DNA of 33,368 nucleotides from an uncultured Gammaproteobacteria bacterium (lineage in GTDB: Bacteria; Patescibacteriota; Patescibacteriia; 2-12-FULL-60-25): the NCBI GenBank assembly GCA_964541725.1, contig CAZIQG010000001.1, positions 1 to 33,368 on the forward strand, given 5' to 3'. Positions within the stretch are counted from its first letter, which is position 1; each line of letters opens with the position of its first letter. The position numbers and the translations under genes were made by a program. Shown one piece after another: positions 26,882 to 33,368 of the stretch. The notes below the pieces were generated by a model, which did no database searches, was not told the origin of the DNA, and saw only the letters and a list, made by a program, of their open reading frames with translations.

Positions 26882-26909
26882 AAGTATCGAGTATTCAGTA
26901 TCGGGTATC
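26882..26909 (-). repeat. GATACYN heptamer array (4 units) in the rbfA-nrnA spacer
   Basis: The minus strand reads GATACCC GATACTG AATACTC GATACTT. It shares the 16-mer CTCGATACCCGATACT with both arrays inside smc. Confidence 0.7.
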
Positions 26910-26923
26910 GAGAATAGAAGAGA

Positions 26924-27271
26924 TTAAATCTCCCCGTTGTCGATCAACCGATTCAGCTCGGCATCAATCACCGCCGCCTCGGCTTCCGTTTCATCAAAGA
27001 CGTAGTGGAGTTTTGGGATAACACGAATGCGCATGCGCTTGGCGAGTCCGTCGTTAATTTCGTGCTTGAACTGCGCGATGATCTCAAGCACTTGTTTTTG
27101 AGCACCCGTCGGAAAGACGGACAAGGTAATTTTGGCAAAGCGTCGATCCTGGGTCATTTTGGCCGCCAAGACTGTGACGAGCATGCCTGGGGGAAATTCA
27201 ACATCACGCGCAAAGATCTCGGCTAAGCCATCTTTAAGCCGTTCAAAGCCCGCTTCCATGGAAATAGACAT
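26924..27271 (-). CDS. rbfA: ribosome-binding factor A
   Basis: 115 aa with an RbfA-like pattern: LVTVLAAKMTQDRRFAKITLSVFP, then IPKLHYVFDETEAEAAVIDAELNRL. Confidence 0.75.
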   Translation of the reverse strand: MSISMEAGFERLKDGLAEIFARDVEFPPGMLVTVLAAKMTQDRRFAKITLSVFPTGAQKQVLEIIAQFKHEINDGLAKRMRIRVIPKLHYVFDETEAEAAVIDAELNRLIDNGEI

Positions 27272-27389
27272 ATAAAGGGAGTGTATAGAAGACGTGTTAT
27301 CTTGCCTAATAAAGCCAGTTTTGGCAAGAGGGAGGGGAGGGATTACCCCCTGGCCTAATTACCCAGAACTCGTTACTCTAAGGGGCGAT

Positions 27390-29678
27390 ATGTACCTGCG
27401 CCGCCTCGAAATCCAAGGATTTAAGACCTTTGCCCAAAAAACCGTCTTAGAATTTCTCCCGGATAGCGCGGGGCGCCGTGGCGTAACGGCTGTCGTTGGT
27501 CCTAACGGCTCGGGAAAATCCAACATTGCGGACTCATTGCGTTGGGTGATGGGCGAGCAAAGCATGAAGCTCTTGCGCGGAAAAAAATCCGAGGACATTA
27601 TTTTCTCAGGCACCGATAAGCGTTCGCGCAGCGGCTTCGCCGAGGTCACCCTCATTATCGAAAATGACAGCAAAACAGACGTTTCCGATTCGCCCTTTGG
27701 CGACATGGCGGAAGTTGCCATCACCCGCCGTCTCTATCGCGATGGAAACTCAGAATACGAAGTCAATCGTCAACCTGCACGCTTACAAGACGTTACCTTG
27801 TTATTGGCGCAATGTGGTGTCGGCCAACGATCATACAGTGTGATTGGGCAAGGTATGATCGACCATGTCTTGGTCGCAAGTCCAACAGAACGCAAAGAAT
27901 TCTTTGATGAAGCCTTTGGTTTGCGACCTTTTCAATTAAAGAAACAGTCCGCCATACAAAAAATCACCGCCGCTCGCGACAATCTCACACAAACCGAAGC
28001 ACTCCTGCGCGAAATCAGCCCCCGCCTCACGATGCTTGAGCGCCAGGCAAAGCGCTTAGAGGAGCGAGAAAAGCTCGAAATCGAATTACGCGATTTGGAA
28101 CGTGCGTATTACGGACATGGCTGGCAAGAAGTAAATGCTGGCCTTACCCGCGTTCGTGGTCAACTCGAACTCGCGCGTGCGGAGCTTGCAACACGTGAAA
28201 TGGCAGCTAAGACGCTTGAAGACCAAATGCGTGGCCTCGAGCAAGCAACGCCCGTCAACGAGGGCTTCCAAGACATCCGTCGCGCGCTCGACAAGCTGGC
28301 CGGTGAGCGCTCGGCCTTGCGTGAGCGTGAATTAAAATTAGAAACCAAGCGCGCGGTGGCAGCCGTACGTGCCGAAAAACCCTGGTCTCCATTGCCTCTT
28401 TCGAAGATCATCGAGACCGTCCAATCACTCTACGCCGAACACGAATCGTTAGAACGCGCCTTGTCACAAAAAGATCTCAATCCCGAAGCGATTCGTGTTG
28501 CCGCTGCCCGCCTTAAGCAGGCCAGCTTAGAGTTATTAAACAAACTTCAACGCCCCGCGCCGGAACCAGAAACGATTGCGACGATCGATCCGGAGGTAGA
28601 ACGTGAAGCAAAAGAAATTCGTGTCGCAATGGAGCAAGTCACGGATCGGATGAAAGAAGCGGAAGCGCGTCTCGAAGCTTGGAATCGTGAAGAACAAGAT
28701 TCACGCAAGCATATTTTTGCCGTGCAGCACGACTTAAATCGTAAACGTCATGAAGCTCAAGCCGCCGAACGCATCGTGAATGAAGCCTCCGTCGAACTCG
28801 CCCGCCTCGAGACAAGAAAAGAATCATTCATCGCCGAACTCCGTCGTTTCGCCCCCCATTTAGAAAGTCGCTTGTCTACTGACCCGATACTCGATACTGG
28901 ATACTCGATACCCGATACTCTCCCCCCCGATGCTCCCGCTCGTCTCCAGCGTCTCCGCTCGCAACTCGAATGGATTGGAGGAATCGACCCAGAAACCATC
29001 AAAGAATACCAAGACACAAAAGACCGCTTTGGCTTTTTAAGTAAACAAGTCGAAGACCTGTGCGAAACGCTTTCCTCACTTGATGAAGTCGTACGCGAGC
29101 TCGATCTTACCATTCGCGAACGGGGGGAAGTCGCGTTTACGCGCTTAAATCAAGAGTTCGGCCTCTATTTCAAAAAACTCTTCGGTGGGGGAGAAGCTTC
29201 GATTATCGAACTGAAACCGGAAGAAGACGTCAAAGATCAAAGCGCAAACGCCAAAGATGAAGAGGAAGAGGATTCAGATATACTCGATACCCGATACTCG
29301 ATACCCGATACTACGGTCATTGGTATCGATATCCAGGCAACTCCTCCAGGGAAACGCTTCAAATCGATCGCCCTTCTCTCTGGCGGCGAACGCGCCCTGA
29401 CTTCCATTGCGCTCATTTGCGCCATTATGGCCACCAACCCTTCGCCTTTCGTCGTTCTCGATGAGGTTGATGCAGCGCTGGATGAGTCTAACTCACGCAA
29501 ATTTGCCGAAATTCTCGGCACCATCTCTGACAAGACGCAATGTATCGTCGTGACGCATAATCGCGCCACGATGACTCAAGCGAATCTTCTTTATGGTGTG
29601 ACTATGGGAGAGGAGGGTACATCGCAGCTTCTCTCTGTAAAATTGGAGGATGTGGAGAAGATGAGGGAAAAGAGGTAA
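27390..29678 (+). CDS. smc: SMC-family chromosome partition ATPase, short form without a recognisable hinge
   Basis: N-terminal head MYLRRLEIQGFKTF...GPNGSGKSNIADSLRWVMGEQS. C-terminal head LSGGERALTSIALICAI...FVVLDEVDAALD...VVTHNRATM...LYGVTM. 762 aa from ATG 27390; the ORF is open from GTG 27294. Confidence 0.85.
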   Translation: MYLRRLEIQGFKTFAQKTVLEFLPDSAGRRGVTAVVGPNGSGKSNIADSLRWVMGEQSMKLLRGKKSEDIIFSGTDKRSRSGFAEVTLIIENDSKTDVSDSPFGDMAEVAITRRLYRDGNSEYEVNRQPARLQDVTLLLAQCGVGQRSYSVIGQGMIDHVLVASPTERKEFFDEAFGLRPFQLKKQSAIQKITAARDNLTQTEALLREISPRLTMLERQAKRLEEREKLEIELRDLERAYYGHGWQEVNAGLTRVRGQLELARAELATREMAAKTLEDQMRGLEQATPVNEGFQDIRRALDKLAGERSALRERELKLETKRAVAAVRAEKPWSPLPLSKIIETVQSLYAEHESLERALSQKDLNPEAIRVAAARLKQASLELLNKLQRPAPEPETIATIDPEVEREAKEIRVAMEQVTDRMKEAEARLEAWNREEQDSRKHIFAVQHDLNRKRHEAQAAERIVNEASVELARLETRKESFIAELRRFAPHLESRLSTDPILDTGYSIPDTLPPDAPARLQRLRSQLEWIGGIDPETIKEYQDTKDRFGFLSKQVEDLCETLSSLDEVVRELDLTIRERGEVAFTRLNQEFGLYFKKLFGGGEASIIELKPEEDVKDQSANAKDEEEEDSDILDTRYSIPDTTVIGIDIQATPPGKRFKSIALLSGGERALTSIALICAIMATNPSPFVVLDEVDAALDESNSRKFAEILGTISDKTQCIVVTHNRATMTQANLLYGVTMGEEGTSQLLSVKLEDVEKMREKR
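28886..28920 (+). repeat. GATACYN heptamer array (5 units) in frame inside smc
   Basis: GATACTC GATACTG GATACTC GATACCC GATACTC, encoding ILDTGYSIPDT. Confidence 0.75.
29277..29313 (+). repeat. GATACYN heptamer array (about 5 units) in frame inside smc
   Basis: GATA(TA)CTC GATACCC GATACTC GATACCC GATACTA, encoding ILDTRYSIPDT. Confidence 0.75.
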
Positions 29679-29687
29679 GCTATCCCC

Positions 29688-30197
29688 ATGTTCCATCCCA
29701 AAGGCGAATTTCTCTGGCCCGTCTTCATCCCGACCGTCATCTTATTTTTGATTGTGGCCGGGTTTATATACCGCAACGTGAGTTTTATCCGCTCGTCTAT
29801 CCGCGTAAAAGGAACGATCATCGGTTACGAAACGGTTTCGGAGAAACGCGGACCATCAACAAGTGCTCCCCTCATTCAATTTACGGATGAAAAAGGCCAG
29901 ACACGAGAATTACTCGCCAAGGTTCGCTCCAACCCACCTCCAGGCCAAGTAGGGGATAAAGTTACGCTCTACTATCAATCCAATGACCCATCGCAGGCAC
30001 GTCTTGGCACGTTTCAAGAGATGTGGCTGCACGTAACCGTTCTCACGATTATATTTGGCATTTTTTTCATCATCTGGTTTGGTATTTGGGTAGGTCCTTC
30101 GCCAACAGCAAGGACAAATTCACAAAAAAACATGGCTGCACAACCAGTTGAATACGATCCTGACGCGGCCGAGTTTGATTCTGTAAAGAAAAAATAA
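29688..30197 (+). CDS. DUF3592-like membrane protein
   Basis: An N-terminal TM helix, a beta-rich middle section (VKGTIIGYE...PLIQFTDEKGQTREL...GDKVTLYYQSNDPSQARL) and a second TM helix, arranged as in DUF3592 proteins. Confidence 0.55.
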   Translation: MFHPKGEFLWPVFIPTVILFLIVAGFIYRNVSFIRSSIRVKGTIIGYETVSEKRGPSTSAPLIQFTDEKGQTRELLAKVRSNPPPGQVGDKVTLYYQSNDPSQARLGTFQEMWLHVTVLTIIFGIFFIIWFGIWVGPSPTARTNSQKNMAAQPVEYDPDAAEFDSVKKK

Positions 30198-30259
30198 AGC
30201 CGAGGTCTTGAATCTAGGTCTCTTGCCCAACCCTTGACCACGCATTAAGGTTGCGACAT

Positions 30260-31249
30260 ATGCCTATGGCACGTGTACGGGGCCCCGGCCATCCAGACCA
30301 AGTCTGTGATTTAGTCGCGGCTGGGATTGTAGAAGAGTATAGCCGTCGCGATCCAGCGGCGCGCTTGCATATTCGCGTTATGGGAGGCCATGGAGCGATG
30401 TTTGTGGCGGGGGAAGTCTCTTCCACGGCCGATTTTGATGTGTCGGCGGTCGTACGGCGTATCCTGGGAGCGAATGGCGTCCAAACGGATATGGAACCAT
30501 TCATTGCTCTTGAGCCTATGACCCCTAACTGGGCGTGTGAACACGGCGCTCGTGAAGGAGCCGTCGTAATCGGGTACGCCACGAATGAAACGGTCACGCG
30601 CCTACCAAAACAGATGGGGTTAGCGCGCAAAGTCGCCCAACTCCTTGAAAAAAAACGTCTAGAAGACGAAGACTGGTTTTGGATGGACGCCGATTATGAA
30701 ATTACGGTCGAACGTGTGCAAGAAAAATACGTCACGATCGTGCGTGTTGGTCATGCAGAAGCGAAGCCTCTCGCCGAAGTTCGCAGCACCATCCAGCAAT
30801 TTTTTAGTGGAGCTGGAATTCCGGGACCAATTCGTATCAATCCCGCCGGAGAAGAAACGCGTACCGGACCCGCGTATCGCGTCGGTTCTTCTGGGAGAAA
30901 TACGTCGGTGCATGGAGCAAGTTCTCTACTGCCGAGCAGTCCTTCCGGCATCGGTCTCCACGCAGCCCATCCGTTAAACGTCGGGAATTGGCTCGCCCGC
31001 GCCGTTGCCCGAGAATGTGTCGGTCGTGAACTTGGTCAAGCCGTGCAAGTTTCTGTATCTTGGCTTCCACTGGAATCGCGTCCGCATCAATTACGCATTC
31101 GCAACGAACGTGGAGATGACCTTAGTCAGGCCGTAGACATCGCTCGCTTTGACCTGCAGCACATCCCGGAGGCCTATCTCAAAGAACCGTATCTCACCCA
31201 GGCGCTACAAGCGAATTATCAACCCGTTGAGCTCCCGTGGGAGAAGTGA
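30260..31249 (+). CDS. S-adenosylmethionine synthetase (MetK) homolog with degenerate catalytic motifs
   Basis: GHPDQVCDLVAAGIVEE, GYATNET, INPAG and a conserved C-terminal helix pattern align with bacterial MetK. The GAGDQG, GDxGLTGRK and GGGAFSGKD blocks are not conserved. The ORF is open from TTG 30251. Confidence 0.65.
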   Translation: MPMARVRGPGHPDQVCDLVAAGIVEEYSRRDPAARLHIRVMGGHGAMFVAGEVSSTADFDVSAVVRRILGANGVQTDMEPFIALEPMTPNWACEHGAREGAVVIGYATNETVTRLPKQMGLARKVAQLLEKKRLEDEDWFWMDADYEITVERVQEKYVTIVRVGHAEAKPLAEVRSTIQQFFSGAGIPGPIRINPAGEETRTGPAYRVGSSGRNTSVHGASSLLPSSPSGIGLHAAHPLNVGNWLARAVARECVGRELGQAVQVSVSWLPLESRPHQLRIRNERGDDLSQAVDIARFDLQHIPEAYLKEPYLTQALQANYQPVELPWEK

Positions 31250-31264
31250 TACCATCAAAAAACT

Positions 31265-32011
31265 ATGCGATCTTTTCTTCCTTCAATGACGGTTCTCGCG
31301 ACCCTTGTGCTCTTGGGTGCGGGCTGCGCCTCCAATCAAACTCAAGTCATGCCGTATCAAGACACCCCAACGAACGATGCCTATTCTGCACCCTCAACTC
31401 CGCCCGTAACGCCACCGGCATCTCCAGAACCATCTACTCCTCCTAAACCTGATTCCGCTATGCAACAACCTTCCAATCTCGCTTTTCCTGGAGTTCTCCC
31501 TGCCGCCGAAGCCAACAAAAAAATCCGCATTAAGACCAATAAAGGAGACATGGTTATCCAAACGAGTGTCGAGATGGGTCCAAATGCGGCCTCAAACTTC
31601 GTGTATCTCGTGAAGCAAGGGTTTTACAACGGTACGATTTTCCATCGCGTCATCCCAGGTTTCATGATCCAAGGCGGAGATCCAACCGGTACGGGGATGG
31701 GCGGCCCAGGCTATCAGTTCCAAAACGATGAGGTCAAAAACATGCCGACCAAGAAAATCACGATCCAAGGCCAAACATTGACGGCGCCCGTCTATGAAGA
31801 CGGCTGGGTCGCCATGGCCAACGCCGGACGCAACACCAACGGTTCCCAATTCTTCATCATGGTAGGTGACTATCCACTTCCAGGAGATTATTCAGTCTTC
31901 GGCAAGGTCGTCGAAGGGTTGGATGTCGCTCACAAAATTGCTGACGTTGCCCGTAACGGCAGCGACCGTCCAAATGAGGAGGTAAAGATGGTAAGTGTCA
32001 CGATTGAATAG
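31265..32011 (+). CDS. cyclophilin-type peptidyl-prolyl cis-trans isomerase, lipoprotein
   Basis: Lipobox LLGAGC, a Pro-rich linker, and the cyclophilin core FHRVIPGFMIQGGDP...NGSQFFI. Confidence 0.88.
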   Translation: MRSFLPSMTVLATLVLLGAGCASNQTQVMPYQDTPTNDAYSAPSTPPVTPPASPEPSTPPKPDSAMQQPSNLAFPGVLPAAEANKKIRIKTNKGDMVIQTSVEMGPNAASNFVYLVKQGFYNGTIFHRVIPGFMIQGGDPTGTGMGGPGYQFQNDEVKNMPTKKITIQGQTLTAPVYEDGWVAMANAGRNTNGSQFFIMVGDYPLPGDYSVFGKVVEGLDVAHKIADVARNGSDRPNEEVKMVSVTIE

Positions 32012-32024
32012 ACGAATCAGATAT

Positions 32025-32051
32025 AAAGAGCGCCAATCCAGGGCGCTCTTT
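32025..32051 (+). terminator. intrinsic terminator after the PPIase gene
   Basis: AAAGAGCGCC / loop AATCCAG / GGCGCTCTTT, followed by TCGTTTC. Confidence 0.6.
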
Positions 32052-32086
32052 TCGTTTCTTCCAATTCCCGCTACGCTATCTTGTAT

Positions 32087-32926
32087 ATGAAACGCACGCC
32101 TTGGTGGATCGCGGGAATTACTCTTGTGGTTATAGGAGCTGCCTGGTCCTCTCGAGGATTTTTGCGGGATTCTTTCGAAGAATGGCGCCGGCCGTCACTT
32201 CCCCCTCCGACATCCTTCGTAGCAGAGGTAGCCACCGCTTCATCCACGGGATCTTTGTGCCAAAAAGGGTTCTGCGTTCCAACCTCAACCCCCTCTCCCG
32301 TTCCTCCTCCTAAAGATTCTCCCGCCCTCCCGCCTCCCGCCCCCTCCCTCCCTACGCAGGTCAACCTCGCTGTCCCATTCCTCTCGCAAGCCCCAAAACA
32401 AAATTGGGACATGCCCTATCAAGAAGCCTGCGAAGAGGCCTCCTTAATCATGGTAAATGCCTACTTTGTTGACAATACAAAAGCCTTCACGCCTGATACG
32501 GGCGATCGCGCTATTCTCGATCTTGTCGCCTTCGAAGAAGCGCAAGGATTATCCGTAGATATAACCGCTGCCGAAGCAGCAACGTTGATCCCGAAATATT
32601 TCTCCAAGCGTAAAGCGCGGGTCATCCAAAATCCAACCATCACCCAAATCCGTGAATATCTCGCCAAAGGCATTCCTGTGATTGCAGCAGCAGACGGCAA
32701 AGCGCTAAAAAACCCAAACTTTCGCAATGGTGGACCACCCTACCACATGCTTGTGATCAAAGGGTATCTGCCCGATGGCCGCTGGATTGCCAATGATCCT
32801 GGCACGCGCAAAGGCGCGGACTACATCTACGACCGTGAAATTCTCTTTAAAGCCATTCGTGATTGGAACGGGGGAGATGTCCCACGCGGGACACCTTCCA
32901 TCATCATCATGGAGCCTGCCGCGTAG
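32087..32926 (+). CDS. membrane-anchored C39-like (papain-fold) peptidase domain protein
   Basis: N-terminal TM helix (WWIAGITLVVIGAAW), a Pro-rich linker, then VPFLSQAPKQNWDMPYQEACEEASLIMV and HMLVIKGY...NDPG, resembling Peptidase_C39_2/YvpB-type domains. The ORF is open from TTG 32081. Confidence 0.5.
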   Translation: MKRTPWWIAGITLVVIGAAWSSRGFLRDSFEEWRRPSLPPPTSFVAEVATASSTGSLCQKGFCVPTSTPSPVPPPKDSPALPPPAPSLPTQVNLAVPFLSQAPKQNWDMPYQEACEEASLIMVNAYFVDNTKAFTPDTGDRAILDLVAFEEAQGLSVDITAAEAATLIPKYFSKRKARVIQNPTITQIREYLAKGIPVIAAADGKALKNPNFRNGGPPYHMLVIKGYLPDGRWIANDPGTRKGADYIYDREILFKAIRDWNGGDVPRGTPSIIIMEPAA

Positions 32927-32946
32927 GAATCAACGGATGCTTTTGT

Positions 32947-33368
32947 ATGTCTTCTCTTCTTTTTGCGGGTGCGTACGCTGGCGGGATCGCTGGCGCGCTC
33001 CTAACACTCATCGCGCATGTAGCGCCACGTTTTGGGGCAGGGAATTTTATCCGCGATCTAGATAATCCGCACATTGTCGGACGCAGGATCTCGCAGCGCG
33101 AAGCGCATTTTCTTGGAATTTTTCTCCATCTCTGCACGAGCATTGCGAGTGGTGTCATCTTTGCCCACGGTGTTGAACGAGGCTGGATTTCCGGTTTTCA
33201 TATCTTGCCCATGTTCGGCTTTGCGACCCTCATGCTCCTCGGCTCTGCTCTCGTGCTGATGCCTCTCGAAGGCCACGGCTTCTTTGGAGTAAAGCATGAT
33301 GCCTGGTTCGTGGTCGACGCGCTCCTCACCAATCTCTTTTGGGGTGGGCTCTACCTTCTCCTGATCCC
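32947..33368 (+). CDS. membrane protein, 3' end outside the window
   Basis: From ATG 32947 the frame stays open for 140 codons to the window edge, which is why it is absent from the ORF track (no stop). The sequence is hydrophobic and helical (MSSLLFAGAYAGGIAGALLTLIAH..., GFATLMLLGSALVLMPL). Confidence 0.55.
   Translation, partial: MSSLLFAGAYAGGIAGALLTLIAHVAPRFGAGNFIRDLDNPHIVGRRISQREAHFLGIFLHLCTSIASGVIFAHGVERGWISGFHILPMFGFATLMLLGSALVLMPLEGHGFFGVKHDAWFVVDALLTNLFWGGLYLLLI

Noticed and set aside
26882-29313. CRISPR-like array
   Set aside because: The units are 7 nt, directly abutting with no spacers, and two arrays lie in frame inside smc.
1-33368. Alternative genetic code (UGA recoding as in some CPR lineages)
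   Set aside because: Long conserved genes (uvrA, rnj, smc, trpS) are intact under the standard code and terminate at TAA, TAG or TGA at expected lengths.

Overview
The window reads as a chromosomal segment from a small-genome bacterium. Its gene content and style resemble Patescibacteria/CPR, which is an inference and cannot be proven from this window. Supporting traits are many TrmB regulators, a VirB2/TrbC-like pilin protein, a membrane-anchored solute-binding protein, almost no Shine-Dalgarno (SD) sites, and promoters that abut start codons. The standard genetic code fits, because long housekeeping ORFs are intact. Housekeeping genes present are rnpB, trpS, rnj, tRNA-Leu, secG, uvrA, rplS, clpP, a DHH phosphoesterase, rbfA, smc and a cyclophilin. 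They are interleaved with envelope proteins (family-5 SBP, DsbA-like protein, Cys-rich pilin-like protein, SpoIID-domain protein, C39-like peptidase, flippase) and several orphan ORFs. I saw no rRNA, CRISPR array, transposase or integrase. The observations most worth follow-up are these. (1) A roughly 120-nt rod-like element occurs in two copies (8859-8979, 16666-16787); its four helices covary at about 11 base pairs while its internal loops are identical, making it a candidate new structured RNA. (2) Two promoter-driven tandem tRNAs carry alanine-type acceptor stems (G3:U70, A73) but anticodons GCA and AAU. (3) A GC-richer two-gene block with strong SD sites (membrane zincin plus a 386-aa orphan) lies between those two features. 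(4) A mirror-symmetric module has the layout orphan<-/->TrmB, TrmB<-/->orphan, with convergently overlapping regulators. (5) GATACYN heptamer arrays occur twice in frame inside smc and once in the rbfA-nrnA spacer. (6) The SMC is short and apparently hingeless. (7) A MetK homolog has degenerate catalytic motifs. (8) A DsbA gene is coupled to a 32-Cys pilin-like chimera. (9) A MazF/PemK-like gene is frameshifted. All coordinates and counts were derived by hand from the printed sequence. No database search was possible.
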